Below the pieces are notes generated by a model. It searched no databases, was not told the origin of the DNA, and saw nothing but the letters and a program-made list of their open reading frames with translations. The position numbers and the translations under genes are program-made. DNA of 64,000 bases, from positions 71,525 to 135,524 of the forward strand of contig JAEXZS010000097.1 in NCBI GenBank assembly GCA_023451375.1, in the 5' to 3' direction. This document shows, in pieces, positions 36,114 to 46,936 of this stretch (positions are counted from its first letter, which is position 1; each line of letters starts with the position of its first letter). The DNA is from Pseudomonadota bacterium. Lineage in GTDB: Bacteria > Pseudomonadota > Alphaproteobacteria > Caulobacterales > Caulobacteraceae.

Positions 36114-37589
36114 TTAGGACTCGTACTTGTCCGCCACCATGCGGTCCAGCGTGCGGACGGCGAAGCCGACGCCGCCTTCCGGGACGGTGGGGCTGGGGCT
36201 CTTGTTGGCCCAGGCGGTGGGGGCGATGTCCAGGTGCGCCCACGGCACGCCGTTGGTGAACTTCTGCAGGAACAGGGCGGCGGTGATCGAGCCGCCGGCG
36301 CGCCCGTTGCCCATGTTCTTCAGGTCCGCGATCTTGGACTCGATATGCTGGTTGTAGATGTCCGGGATCGGCATCCGCCAGAAGTTCTCGCCCACCTTGG
36401 CGGAGGCGTCCAGGATGGCGTCGGACACCTCGTCCGAGTTGGAGAAGACGCCGGCGTAGTCCAGGCCCAGCGCGACGATCATGGCGCCCGTCAGGGTGGC
36501 CAGGTCGATCATGAACTTCGGCTTGAAGCGGTCCTGAGTGTACCAGAGGGCGTCGGCCAGCACGAGGCGGCCTTCGGCGTCGGTGTTGATCACCTCGATG
36601 GTCTGGCCCGACATCGAGACGACGACGTCGCCCGGACGCTGGGCGTTCCCGTCAGGCATGTTCTCGACCAGGCCCAGCACGCCGACGGCGTTGACCTTGG
36701 CCTTGCGGCCGGCCAAGGCCATCATGGTTCCGGCCACGGCGGCGGCGCCGCCCATGTCCCACTTCATGTCCTCCATGCCCTCGGCGGGCTTGATCGAAAT
36801 GCCGCCGGTGTCGAAGCAGACGCCCTTGCCGACGAAGGCGATGGGCTGGTCGCCCGCCGCCCCGCCGTTCCACTGGATCACGGCCAGCTGGCTGTCGCGA
36901 CGGCTGCCCTGGCCGACCGCCAGAAGCGTGCGCATGCCCAGCTTCTCCATCTCGGCCTCGCCGAGGATCTCGACCTTCAGCCCCAGCTTCTCGAGGTCCT
37001 TCACGCGGCGCGCGAACTCGGCCGGATAGAGGACGTTCGCCGGTTCGGACACCAGGTCGCGGGCGAAGAGGACGGCGTCGGCGACGGGCGACAGGCTGTC
37101 GAAGGCGGCGTCGGCGGCGCGAAGGTCGGAGGTGACGACGCGCACCGTCTTGATCGACGGCTTCTTGTCGGCCGTCTGGGTGGTCCGGTACTTGTCGAAG
37201 CGATAGGCGGCGAGACGCGCGGCGAAGCCGACGCGGGCGGCCTGTTCCGGCGCCAGGTGGGCCGCGTCGATGGTCAGGACCTCGGCGCCCGAGGACTTGG
37301 CGGCCGCATAGGCGTTGGCCCCGAAGGCCTCGATCGCCAGGTCGTCCAGCTTGTCGACCGCGCCGGCGCCCACCAGCAGGATGCTGTCGGCCTCGACGCC
37401 GTTCGGCGCGGCGACGGTCAGGGTCTGGCCAGCCTTGCCGGTCACGCGGCTCTTCGACAGGGCCTTGGTCAGCGCGCCGCCGGCCGCCTGGTCCAGGCTC
37501 GAACCCGAACCGGCGAGCGCCCGATCCTCATGGACGAGCACCGCCAGGATCTCGGCGGTTCCGGCGGCGGCGGCGAATTCGATCTTCAT
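36114..37589 (-). CDS. pepA: Leucyl aminopeptidase (M17)
   Basis: VGKGVCFDTGG, MKWDMGG, NTDAEGRL, ATLTGA. Confidence 0.96.
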   Translation of the reverse strand: MKIEFAAAAGTAEILAVLVHEDRALAGSGSSLDQAAGGALTKALSKSRVTGKAGQTLTVAAPNGVEADSILLVGAGAVDKLDDLAIEAFGANAYAAAKSSGAEVLTIDAAHLAPEQAARVGFAARLAAYRFDKYRTTQTADKKPSIKTVRVVTSDLRAADAAFDSLSPVADAVLFARDLVSEPANVLYPAEFARRVKDLEKLGLKVEILGEAEMEKLGMRTLLAVGQGSRRDSQLAVIQWNGGAAGDQPIAFVGKGVCFDTGGISIKPAEGMEDMKWDMGGAAAVAGTMMALAGRKAKVNAVGVLGLVENMPDGNAQRPGDVVVSMSGQTIEVINTDAEGRLVLADALWYTQDRFKPKFMIDLATLTGAMIVALGLDYAGVFSNSDEVSDAILDASAKVGENFWRMPIPDIYNQHIESKIADLKNMGNGRAGGSITAALFLQKFTNGVPWAHLDIAPTAWANKSPSPTVPEGGVGFAVRTLDRMVADKYES

Positions 37590-37729
37590 GCAACGGACTC
37601 CGGCCAGGCCCCACCTGGCTTCAGCTTGAAAAAACACAGCGGCGCGCCAGCTTGTCGCGGACGCGCCTCGATGTGCTACTAGATGCGCCTCAATATCGCC
37701 GCCTGCAACCGGGCGAAGTCCATCCGCCC

Positions 37730-38866
37730 ATGACGCTGATTCAACGTTACCTTTTCCGCCAGATATCGCTGCCCGTGGTCGCGGCGTGCGCGGCGCTGGC
37801 CGGAATCGGGATTCTCAGCCAGAGCCTGGATCAGCTGGAAGTCATCGTCGAGCGCGGCCAGAGCGTGTGGGTGATGATCAAGCTGACGCTGCTGGCCCTG
37901 CCGCAGCTGCTGGCGGTGATCCTGCCCATCGGCCTGTTCATCGGCGCCCTGATCGCCCTGACGCGGCTGCAGCGCGAGCAGGAGATGACGGCGGCCTTCG
38001 CCGGCGGGATGACGCGCTGGCAGGTCATCGCCCCGACCGCGCGCCTGGCGGTGCTGGTCGCCATCCTGGCCCTTTTCATCAACCTGTTCATGCTGCCCTG
38101 GGCCCAGCAGGAGGTGCGTCGCCAGGCCTTCGCCATCCGCACCGACCTGGCGGCCCTGCTGGTCGAGGAGGGGCAATTCGTCCAGGGACCCAACGGCCTG
38201 ACCGTCTATGTCCAGCAGATCGAGCAGAGCGGCCTGCTGGTGAACCTGTTCGTCTATCTGGTCGACGGCGACGAGGTGACGACCTGGAACGCCGGCGAGG
38301 CGCGCTTCGGCCGTGACGCCGCCGGCCAGCCGATCCTGACCATGATCGACGGCTCGGCCCAGCGCTATTCGTCCAACGGCGTGCTCGAGACCCTGTCGTT
38401 TCAACGCTACGACTTCTCCCTGGCGCCGTTCGCCGATGTGGCCGAGACGATCCGCTACAAGCCGTCGGACCTCTATCTGCGCCAGCTGCTGAACCCCTCG
38501 CCGCGGGTGCTGGAGACCGCCGGGTCGCGCGGCGAGCTGCTGGCGGAGGCCCACTCGCGCCTGTCCTCGCCGCTCTATGTGCTGGTCGCCATGGCCATGG
38601 CGCTGGCGGCCATCCTGGGCGGCGCCTTCAGCCGCAGCGGCTACAGCTGGCGCATCGCCAAGGCGGCGGGCTTCTTCCTGCTGGCGCGCGTGATCGGCTA
38701 CGGCCTGGTCGCGGCCAGCGCCTGGAACGGCTGGATGAACGTGCTGCAGTACGCCGCGCCCCTGGTCGCCCTGGCCATCGCCATGCGGGTGCTGTTCCGC
38801 GCCCTGAAGCCGCGCCGCGGCCGGCTGGCGCCGCTGGCCCGCAGGATGAAGGCGCGCTTCGCATGA
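37730..38866 (+). CDS. lptF: LPS export permease LptF
   Basis: IQRYLFRQ; YjgP/YjgQ topology; divergent from pepA. Confidence 0.88.
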   Translation: MTLIQRYLFRQISLPVVAACAALAGIGILSQSLDQLEVIVERGQSVWVMIKLTLLALPQLLAVILPIGLFIGALIALTRLQREQEMTAAFAGGMTRWQVIAPTARLAVLVAILALFINLFMLPWAQQEVRRQAFAIRTDLAALLVEEGQFVQGPNGLTVYVQQIEQSGLLVNLFVYLVDGDEVTTWNAGEARFGRDAAGQPILTMIDGSAQRYSSNGVLETLSFQRYDFSLAPFADVAETIRYKPSDLYLRQLLNPSPRVLETAGSRGELLAEAHSRLSSPLYVLVAMAMALAAILGGAFSRSGYSWRIAKAAGFFLLARVIGYGLVAASAWNGWMNVLQYAAPLVALAIAMRVLFRALKPRRGRLAPLARRMKARFA

Positions 38867-40002
38867 CCCTGGCCCTGCCCGCCCTGAACCTGCCGCGCCG
38901 CCTGCCCCGCATCGGCCGCATCGAGCGCTATGTGCTGGTCCAGCAGCTCCGCTCGCTGGCCACGGCCCTGGCGGTCATCGCCGCCCTGGTCATGCTGATC
39001 GACTTCGTCGAGGTGTCGCGCGGCGTGGGCTCGGACCAGGACCTGTCGGCGGTGCGGATCCTGGGCCTGGTGATGCTGAAGTCGCCGTCGGTGATCGTGC
39101 AGTTGCTGCCCTTCGTCTTCCTGTTCGGCACCCTGGGGGCCTACATCGGCCTGAACCGGCGCAGCGAGCTGGTGGCCATGCGGGCGGCCGGCGTTTCGGC
39201 CTGGCGCTTCGTGCTGCCGTCGGCGGGGATGGCCTTCCTGCTGGGCGTGCTGACGGTGACGGCGCTCGGTCCGATGGCCTCGGCGGGCGACGCCCTGTGG
39301 CAGCGCGAGCGGGCGCGCATCTCCGGCACCGCGCCGGGCGTGGGCCCGCAGGAGGCCATCTGGCTGCGCGAGGGCGACGACCAGCGCCAGATGATCATCC
39401 GCGCCGGCCGTCAGGATCGCGCCAACGCGCGGCTGCTGGACGTGACCTTCTTCATCTACACCACCCAGGCCGGGGGAGGCCGCACCTTCTCCGAGCGGAT
39501 CGACGCCCGGTCGGCGGCGCTGAGCGCGGGGCGCTGGCGGCTGGAGGACGCCACCGGCGCGACGGTGGGCCAGAAGGCGGTGAGCTATTCCACCCTGGAC
39601 CTGCCCTCCAGCCTGGCCGACGAGGAGGCGTTCGAGCGCTTCGCCCGGCCGCAGTCGACGCCCTTCTGGTCGCTGCCCAACCAGATCCGGCGGATCGAGA
39701 ACGCCGGCTTCAGCTCGACCGCCTATCGCCTGCGGTTTCAGCAGTTGCTGGCCACGCCGCTGGTGTTCGCGGCCATGTCGATCCTGGCGGCGGCCTTCTC
39801 CCTGCGCCTGATGCGGCTGGGGGACATGGCGCGGATGAGCGTGGCGGCGGTGATCCTGGGCTTCGCCTTCTTCTTCCTGAACCAGTTTTCGGCGGCGATG
39901 GGCTCGGCCGAGGTGGCGCCGCCGTTCGTGGCGGCCTGGCTGCCCCCGATCCTGACCGCGCTCGCCGCCTTCACCTTGCTGTTCTATACCGAGGACGGCT
40001 AA
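38863..40002 (+). CDS. lptG: LPS export permease LptG
   Basis: LNRRSELVAMRAAGVSAW, AAWLP, terminal EDG. Confidence 0.9.
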   Translation: MTLALPALNLPRRLPRIGRIERYVLVQQLRSLATALAVIAALVMLIDFVEVSRGVGSDQDLSAVRILGLVMLKSPSVIVQLLPFVFLFGTLGAYIGLNRRSELVAMRAAGVSAWRFVLPSAGMAFLLGVLTVTALGPMASAGDALWQRERARISGTAPGVGPQEAIWLREGDDQRQMIIRAGRQDRANARLLDVTFFIYTTQAGGGRTFSERIDARSAALSAGRWRLEDATGATVGQKAVSYSTLDLPSSLADEEAFERFARPQSTPFWSLPNQIRRIENAGFSSTAYRLRFQQLLATPLVFAAMSILAAAFSLRLMRLGDMARMSVAAVILGFAFFFLNQFSAAMGSAEVAPPFVAAWLPPILTALAAFTLLFYTEDG

Positions 40003-40043
40003 GCGGACGCCCGCTTCCCACAATACGCAATGACGGATGGCAT

Positions 40044-42542
40044 ATGCAGGGTGATCGCCGCGAGCGCCGCTCGAAGGTCCTGAGGCAGAGGCTGCTGGCC
40101 GGAGCGGCGGTGATCGCCTGCGCGCCCTTCGCCACCGCCGCCGCCGCCCAAACGGGCGCGCGGCCCGCGCCGCCACCGGCCGACGGCCTGGCGCCAGAGG
40201 CCGTCTATGTCGAAGCCGACACCGTCCGGCAGGAGGGCGACGTCGTCACCGCCGAGGGCGCGCCGGACAACCGCGTCTATCTGCGCACGCGCGGCCACAC
40301 CCTGCGCGGCGAGAGCGTGTCCTACGACCTGAACGCCGGCACGGCCGCCGCCGCGGGCCGGGTTGAGGCCACCGCGCCGGACGGAACGGTGGTCCACTCC
40401 AGCCGGCTGGAGCTGGACCAAGACCTGAACACCGGGGTCGCGGTCGACTTCGCCACCCGCACCCCCGACGGCGCCAGCCTGATGGCGGCCACGGCCGTGC
40501 GGCGCAGCGAGACCGCCAACGAGCTGAACTACGCCATCTTCACACCCTGCCCCATCTGCGACGAGAACGGGCCGAAGACGCCCAGCATCTCGATCCAGGC
40601 CGAGAAGGTGGTGCAGGACGAGGAGCTGCGGGCCGTCCTGTACCGCAACGCCGTCTTCCGTATCGGCGGCGTGCCGGTTTTCTACACGCCGTTCTTCGCC
40701 CACCCGGACCCGACGGTCGAACGGGCCTCGGGCTTCCTGGTGCCGATCATCAACTACGACGAGGGCCGAGGGCTGTCGGTCGAGGTCCCGTACCTGCACG
40801 TCGTCTCGCCGTCCGAGGACTGGCTGATCAGCCCGCAGATCAACACCGAGGTCGCGCCGCTGGTGAACGTGCAATGGCGGCGGCGTTTCGCCGAGGGGAT
40901 GATCGTCGCCCGCGGCGGGTACACCTATGAACGGAACTTCGGCGACTTCGACCTGGACGGGGACGGCGACTACGAGAGCAACGTCCGCTTCGGCGACCGC
41001 GAGCACCGCAGCTATCTGCTCTCGCACGGGACCTTCGATCCCGACGGCCCCTGGCGGTTCGGCTTCACGGCCGAGCGGACCTCGGATAAGACGCTGTTCG
41101 ACCGCTACGACGTGCGTGATCCCTATCAGGACAACGGCCTCTACTACGGCGACCGGCGCCGACTGATCAGCCAGGTCTACGCCGAGCGGCAGACGGAGCG
41201 GTCCTATGTCTCGATCGCGGCCTTCTCGCTGCAGAGCCTGCGGCTGGACCCCCGTTACGCCGACAACGACTTCCGCGACGAGAACGGAAACAAGGTCTTC
41301 GAGGACGACGACACCCTGCCGCTGGTCGCGCCCCTGGTCGAGGCGCGCTGGGAGCCCGAGGGGCTGGTGCTGGGCGGAAGGCTGCGGCTGAGGGGCTCGG
41401 CGGCGGCGCTGTACCGCGACGCCTTCATCGGCGCGCCGGTGCTGCGTCCGGACCTGCTGCCGCCGATGGCCATGGCCGATCTGCCCGGCGTGGACAGCCG
41501 CCGCGTCACCGGTCAGTTCGAGTGGCGCCGGGCGGTGATCTCGCCCATGGGCGTCCGCTGGGAGCCGTTCATCGACGGGCGCGCCGACATCTACTCCATC
41601 GCCGACCTGCCGCCCGTGCTGGGCGTGGACGAGGACGACACCACCATCAGCCGCGCCGGGATCACCGCCGGCCTGGACGTCAGCTATCCGCTGATCAAGC
41701 GCACCGCCGCGGCCGACATCATCCTGGAGCCCGTGGCCCAGTTCTCCCTGTCCACCGACGCCGACCAGGATCCGCGCATCCCCAACGAGGACGCCCAGGT
41801 CATCGAACTGGACGAATCCTCGCTGTTCCGCATGGACCGGTTCTCCGGCTACGACCTGATCGAGGGCGGCGCGCGCATCACGGCGGGCGGCCGGGCCACG
41901 ATCCGCTGGTCCGAGGGCCGCAGCGCCAGCGTCTTCATCGGCCGCAGCCATCGCTTCAACGACGAGGACGCGTTCCGCACGCCGATCCCGGACGATCCGA
42001 CGCGGCTGTACGATCCCACCGGCCTGGCGTCCGAAACCTCGGACTGGGTGGTGCAGGGGACCTTCTCGCCGTCGGACCGCATACGCGGCTGGGGCCACGC
42101 CACCATCGACGGCTCGGGCGACATCCGCCGGGCGGAGGCGGCGCTGGACGGCCGCTGGGGACGGCGCAACCTGGCCAGCGTCAGCTACATCGTCGACCGG
42201 TCCGACCCGCTCTATATCGACAGCCGCCCAGATCCAGCCGACCCGGCCGGTCCGCCGCTGGCGTCGAACAACCGCAACTATGAGTTCATCCAGCTGTCCG
42301 GCCAGCAGTTCGTCTATCGCAACTGGGGCTTCACGGTCGCCGGCATCGCCGACCTGCAGCAGGACGTGATCACGCGCTCGGAGGTCGGCCTGCTGTTCGA
42401 CGACGACTGCTTCCGTTTCGAGCTGGGCTTCCGTCGCGACAACACCCGCGTGCGGCCCAGCGGCCCGTCCGAGGGCGTCTATCTGCGCCTAAACCTCGCC
42501 ACTTTCGGAGGTTCAGGTTATGGACAGAGCGAAGTGCGTTGA
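40044..42542 (+). CDS. lptD: LPS assembly protein LptD
   Basis: FTPCPIC, VPVFYTP, RASGFLVP, DDCF; gene context. Confidence 0.92.
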   Translation: MQGDRRERRSKVLRQRLLAGAAVIACAPFATAAAAQTGARPAPPPADGLAPEAVYVEADTVRQEGDVVTAEGAPDNRVYLRTRGHTLRGESVSYDLNAGTAAAAGRVEATAPDGTVVHSSRLELDQDLNTGVAVDFATRTPDGASLMAATAVRRSETANELNYAIFTPCPICDENGPKTPSISIQAEKVVQDEELRAVLYRNAVFRIGGVPVFYTPFFAHPDPTVERASGFLVPIINYDEGRGLSVEVPYLHVVSPSEDWLISPQINTEVAPLVNVQWRRRFAEGMIVARGGYTYERNFGDFDLDGDGDYESNVRFGDREHRSYLLSHGTFDPDGPWRFGFTAERTSDKTLFDRYDVRDPYQDNGLYYGDRRRLISQVYAERQTERSYVSIAAFSLQSLRLDPRYADNDFRDENGNKVFEDDDTLPLVAPLVEARWEPEGLVLGGRLRLRGSAAALYRDAFIGAPVLRPDLLPPMAMADLPGVDSRRVTGQFEWRRAVISPMGVRWEPFIDGRADIYSIADLPPVLGVDEDDTTISRAGITAGLDVSYPLIKRTAAADIILEPVAQFSLSTDADQDPRIPNEDAQVIELDESSLFRMDRFSGYDLIEGGARITAGGRATIRWSEGRSASVFIGRSHRFNDEDAFRTPIPDDPTRLYDPTGLASETSDWVVQGTFSPSDRIRGWGHATIDGSGDIRRAEAALDGRWGRRNLASVSYIVDRSDPLYIDSRPDPADPAGPPLASNNRNYEFIQLSGQQFVYRNWGFTVAGIADLQQDVITRSEVGLLFDDDCFRFELGFRRDNTRVRPSGPSEGVYLRLNLATFGGSGYGQSEVR

Positions 42543-42621
42543 GCATGAGGCTCGACGGGGCGCGACCATGCCGACGGCCCGGCGCGGCCGGCCGAACCGC
42601 TTTGAGGAATCAGGACGACCG

Positions 42622-43971
42622 ATGGGTTTGATGCGTTATTCGACGGGGGCTGCGCTCGCGGCGCTCCTCCTCGCCGGTTCGGCCTATGGTCAGACGGCGC
42701 CGACCCAGCCGCCCGCCGCCGGCGCGCCGAACCCCGCCGCCGAGGACGCGCCCCAGCAGCCCGCGGCCGCCGCGCCGCAGTTCCAGCTGGCCGACGGCAT
42801 CGTGGCGACGGTCAACGACCGCATCATCACCGGCTTCGACCTGCGCCAGCGGATGCTGATGCTGATCGCCTCGTCGCAGGTCCAGCCGACCGAGGAGAAC
42901 CTGCCGGCCATCCAGCAGGCGGCGCTGAACGCCCTGATCGAGGAACAGCTGAAGAAGGCCGAACTGGCCCAGTTCGCCGACCAGCTGCGGGTGACCGACG
43001 CCGAACTGGATGAAGAGATCGCGGCCATGGCGCAGGCGGCCGGCTCCACGCCGGAAGCCTACATGGCCTATCTGGAGCAGGGCGGCATCCAGCGGGACGC
43101 CTTCCGCGACAACCTGCGCACCGACATCGGCTGGCAGCGCCTGGTCGGCGGCCGCTTCGGCAGCCGCGCCCGGCCCAGCGAGAACCAGATCGACCAGGAG
43201 ATGCGCCGCCTGAACGAGGCCGCGTCCCAGCCGCAATATCTGGTCGGCGAAATCTACATCGACGCGGCGCGCGTGGGCGGCCAGCAGGCGGCGCTGGACG
43301 GGGCGCGCCAGCTGGTGCAGCAGATCATCCAGGGCGCGCCGTTCCAGGCGGTCGCGCGCCAGTTCTCGGCCGCGCCGTCGGCCGCCGCCCGCGTGCCCGG
43401 CGACGCCGGCTGGGTGGTCAAGGGCTCGGTGCAGCCGGCGCTGCAGGCCATCTTCGACCAGCTCCAGCCCGGCCAGCTGTCCAATCCGGTGCCGGTGGAT
43501 GGCGGCGTCTACATCATCTACATGCGCGACAAGCGCGAGGGCGCCTCGACCAGCCTGGTCTCGCTGCGCCAACTGATGGTGCAACTGCCGGAGACCGCCA
43601 CCGAGGCCCAGCTGGCCGAGGCCACCCGCACCCTGGAGGGCCTGCGCGATGGTCTGACCTGCGACAACATCCTGTCGCAGGCCCGGGCGGCCGAGGGCGT
43701 CCTGGGCGCCGACCTGGGGGAATCCGACGTGGCCAACCTGGCGCCGCAGTTCCAGCAGTTCGCCCGCACCGGGGAGGTCGGCTCGGTCTCCACCCCCATC
43801 CGCACGCCGCTGGGCCTGCACCTGGTCGCCGTCTGCGACCGCCGGGTCGGCGGACCCGAGGCGCCGTCGCGCCAGCAGGTCGAGAACCGCCTGCGCTCGC
43901 AGAACGTCGCGGTTCTCGAGCGCCGCTATCTGCGCGACCTGCGCAACAGCGCCCTGATCGAGTTCAAGTGA
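42622..43971 (+). CDS. surA: SurA-like chaperone / parvulin PPIase
   Basis: IVATVNDRIIT, LIEEQL, FQAVARQFS, RYLRDLRNSALIE. Confidence 0.9.
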   Translation: MGLMRYSTGAALAALLLAGSAYGQTAPTQPPAAGAPNPAAEDAPQQPAAAAPQFQLADGIVATVNDRIITGFDLRQRMLMLIASSQVQPTEENLPAIQQAALNALIEEQLKKAELAQFADQLRVTDAELDEEIAAMAQAAGSTPEAYMAYLEQGGIQRDAFRDNLRTDIGWQRLVGGRFGSRARPSENQIDQEMRRLNEAASQPQYLVGEIYIDAARVGGQQAALDGARQLVQQIIQGAPFQAVARQFSAAPSAAARVPGDAGWVVKGSVQPALQAIFDQLQPGQLSNPVPVDGGVYIIYMRDKREGASTSLVSLRQLMVQLPETATEAQLAEATRTLEGLRDGLTCDNILSQARAAEGVLGADLGESDVANLAPQFQQFARTGEVGSVSTPIRTPLGLHLVAVCDRRVGGPEAPSRQQVENRLRSQNVAVLERRYLRDLRNSALIEFK

Positions 43972-44963
43972 CCCGGCCTCTGGTCCTGACGCTGGGCGAA
44001 CCCGCCGGCGTCGGGCCGGAGATCATCGCCGCCGCCTGGCGCGCCTTGTCGGCGGAGGGCCTGCCCTTCGCCGTGATCGGCGACGCCGCCCTGCTGGCGC
44101 GACAGGGCGCGCCCGTCGTCGAGGTGTTCTCGCCCGGCGACGCGGCGGACGCCTTCGCCCGCGCCCTGCCGGTCATCCATCGCCCCCTTCCCGCCACGGT
44201 CGAGGTCGGCCGGCCCGATCCGGCCAATGCCGCGGCCGTCGCCGACGGCATCGAGGAGGCGGTCAGCCTGTGCCTGGCGGGCGAGGCGTCGGGCCTGGTC
44301 ACCGCGCCCATCGCCAAGGCCCCGATGTACGCCTCGGGCTTTCGCTTTCCGGGCCATACGGAGTTCATCGCCGAACTGACCGCCGACGCGCCCTGGCCCG
44401 GCACGCGCGGGCCGGTGATGATGCTGACGGCCCGCGACCTGCGCGCCTGCCTGGTGACGATCCACGTGGCGCTGGACCAGGTGGCGGAACTGCTGACCGC
44501 CGAACGCATCGTCCGCACCGCGCGCGTCGTGCACGAGAGCCTGAAGCGCGACTTCGCCATCGAACGGCCCCGCCTGGCCATGGCGGCGCTGAACCCCCAT
44601 GCGGGGGAAGGCGGCGCCCTGGGCCTGCAGGAGATCGGCATCCTGAACCCGGCGGCCGAGCAGCTGCGCGCCGAGGGGATCGACATCACCGACCCCAGGC
44701 CCGCCGACACCCTGTTCCACGACGCGGCGCGCGCGACCTATGACGCGGCCATCTGCATGTACCACGACCAGGCGCTGATCCCGGTGAAGACGCTGGACTT
44801 CTGGGGCGGGGTCAACGTCTCGCTGGGCCTGCCGATCATCCGCACATCGCCGGATCACGGCACGGGGTTCGACATCGCCGGCAAGGGGATCGCGCGGCCC
44901 GACAGCCTGATCGCCGCCGTCCGGCTGGCGTCGGAGATGGCGGCGGCGCGCGGCGCGCGCTAA
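43968..44963 (+). CDS. pdxA: 4-hydroxythreonine-4-phosphate dehydrogenase
   Basis: GEPAGVGPE, GHTEF, LNPHAGE, YHDQ, RTSPDHGT. Confidence 0.96.
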   Translation: MTRPLVLTLGEPAGVGPEIIAAAWRALSAEGLPFAVIGDAALLARQGAPVVEVFSPGDAADAFARALPVIHRPLPATVEVGRPDPANAAAVADGIEEAVSLCLAGEASGLVTAPIAKAPMYASGFRFPGHTEFIAELTADAPWPGTRGPVMMLTARDLRACLVTIHVALDQVAELLTAERIVRTARVVHESLKRDFAIERPRLAMAALNPHAGEGGALGLQEIGILNPAAEQLRAEGIDITDPRPADTLFHDAARATYDAAICMYHDQALIPVKTLDFWGGVNVSLGLPIIRTSPDHGTGFDIAGKGIARPDSLIAAVRLASEMAAARGAR

Positions 44964-44972
44964 CAGGGCGGA

Positions 44973-45782
44973 GTGACCGACCTTCCTTCCCTTCGCGAAA
45001 CGCTCGACGCCCACGGCCTGTCGGCCAAGAAGAGCTTCGGCCAGCATTTCCTGCTCGACCTGAACGTGACGCGGAAAATCGTCCGCCTGGCGGGGCCGTT
45101 CGAGGGCCGCGCGGTGATCGAGGTCGGACCCGGACCCGGCGGCCTGACCCGCGCCCTGCTGGAATCAGAGGCGGGCAAGGTGGTGCTGGTCGAGAAGGAC
45201 CCGCGCTTCATCCCGCTGCTGACGGAACTGGACGACGGCTCGGGCCGCCTGGCCATCGTCGAGGCGGACGCGCTGAAGGTCCGGGAGGCCGACCTGGTTC
45301 AAGGCCCGGCGCACCTGGTGTCCAACCTGCCCTACAACGTCGGCACGGCCCTGCTGATCAAGTGGCTGACCGGTCCCTGGCTGCCGCACGCCCTGACGCT
45401 GATGTTCCAGAAGGAGGTGGCCGAGCGGGTCGCCGCCGCGCCCGGCGACGAGGCTTATGGCCGTCTGGCGGTCATTTCCCAGGCCGTCTGCACGGCGCGG
45501 ATCGTCATGCACCTTCCCGCCGCCGCCTTCACCCCCCCGCCAAAGGTGGCGTCGGCGGTCGTGCACCTGGTCCCGCTGGCCCAGCGGCCCTCGCCGGAGC
45601 GGCTGAAGAAGCTGGAGCGCGTCACCGCCGCCGCCTTCGGCCAGCGTCGCAAGATGCTGCGCTCCAGCCTGAAGCCGCTGGGCGGGGCCGCCCTTTGCGA
45701 GGCGGCGGGCATCGAGCCGGACGCGCGGGCCGAGACCGTCGACGTGGCGGGGTTCCTGCGGCTGGCGGACTCCCTTCCCTGA
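44973..45782 (+). CDS. rsmA: 16S rRNA dimethyladenosine transferase
   Basis: KSFGQHFL, EVGPGPGGLT, NLPYN, MFQKEVA, QRRKML. Confidence 0.96.
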   Translation: MTDLPSLRETLDAHGLSAKKSFGQHFLLDLNVTRKIVRLAGPFEGRAVIEVGPGPGGLTRALLESEAGKVVLVEKDPRFIPLLTELDDGSGRLAIVEADALKVREADLVQGPAHLVSNLPYNVGTALLIKWLTGPWLPHALTLMFQKEVAERVAAAPGDEAYGRLAVISQAVCTARIVMHLPAAAFTPPPKVASAVVHLVPLAQRPSPERLKKLERVTAAAFGQRRKMLRSSLKPLGGAALCEAAGIEPDARAETVDVAGFLRLADSLP

Positions 45783-45791
45783 GGATCCGCC

Positions 45792-46916
45792 ATGACCGTC
45801 GAACCGTTCCGCGCCATCGGCGTCAGCCGCCTGGCCCACCAGCTCAAGACGGAAGGCCGCTCGATCATCCACATGGAGTTCGGTCAGCCCTCGACCGGCG
45901 CGCCCGCCGCCGCCGTGGCCCGCGCGCACGAGGTGCTGGACCGCGACGGCATGGGCTACTGGGAAAGCCCCGACCTGCGCGCCCGCATCGCGCGGCTGTA
46001 TGAACAGCGGCACGGCGTCGAGGTCGATCCGGACCGTATCCTGCTGACCTGCGGCGCCTCGCCCGCCCTGGTGCTGGCGCTGAGCACGCGGTTCCGACCC
46101 GGCGACCGCATCGCCCTGGCCCGGCCGGGCTACGTCGCCTATCGCAACACCCTGCGCGCCCTGCACATGCAGCCGGTCGAGGTCGCCTGCGGGCCGGAGA
46201 CGCGCTTCCAGCTGACCGCCGCGCAGCTGGCGGCGCTGGATCCCGCGCCGGCGGGCGTGATCATCGCCAGCCCGGCCAATCCCACGGGCACGATCATTCC
46301 GGACGCCGAACTGGCGGCGATCGCCGAGGTCTGTCGCGCGCGGGGCGTCGCGATCGTCTCGGACGAGATCTATCACGGCCTCAGCTACGTCGGCCCGACA
46401 GCCTCCATGCTGCAGTTCGCGCCGGACGCCTTCGTCATCAACAGCTTCTCTAAGTACTGGAGCATGGCCGGCTGGCGGCTGGGCTGGCTGCTGGCGCCGC
46501 CCGAGCAGGTCGCCCCGGCGCGGGCCTATATCGGCAACATGTTCCTGACCCCGCCCAGCCTGAGCCAGCACGCCGGGCTGGTCGCCATGGACGCGGTGGA
46601 GGAGCTGGAGGGTCACGTCCGAAACTACGCCCGCAACCGCGCCCTGATGCTGGAGGCCCTGCCGTTGCTGGGGCTGAGGAAGATCGCACCGCCCGACGGC
46701 GCCTTCTACATCTGGGCCGACATCGGCCATCTGACCGACGACAGCGTGGCCTTCTGCGAACAGCTGCTGCGAGACACGGGGGTGGCGACGGCGCCGGGGG
46801 TGGACTTCGATCCGGTCGAGGGACGGCGCTTCATCCGCTTCAGCTTCGCCGTCTCCACCGCCGAGGTCGAGGCGGCGCTGGCTCGCCTTCGCCCCTGGTT
46901 CGCCGCGCGGGGCTAG
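45792..46916 (+). CDS. PLP-dependent aminotransferase class I/II
   Basis: SPANPTG, SDEIYHG, NSFSKYWSMAGWRLG. Confidence 0.92.
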   Translation: MTVEPFRAIGVSRLAHQLKTEGRSIIHMEFGQPSTGAPAAAVARAHEVLDRDGMGYWESPDLRARIARLYEQRHGVEVDPDRILLTCGASPALVLALSTRFRPGDRIALARPGYVAYRNTLRALHMQPVEVACGPETRFQLTAAQLAALDPAPAGVIIASPANPTGTIIPDAELAAIAEVCRARGVAIVSDEIYHGLSYVGPTASMLQFAPDAFVINSFSKYWSMAGWRLGWLLAPPEQVAPARAYIGNMFLTPPSLSQHAGLVAMDAVEELEGHVRNYARNRALMLEALPLLGLRKIAPPDGAFYIWADIGHLTDDSVAFCEQLLRDTGVATAPGVDFDPVEGRRFIRFSFAVSTAEVEAALARLRPWFAARG

Positions 46917-46936
46917 TCCCGTAGCGCAATGTCCAC

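Noticed and set aside
39297..40043. LptG-LptD fusion or 1081-aa LptD
   Set aside because: The upstream part is an off-frame read of lptG; the LptD signal peptide starts at 40044
39999..42098. 699-aa antisense ORF over lptD
   Set aside because: Shadow frame with no motifs
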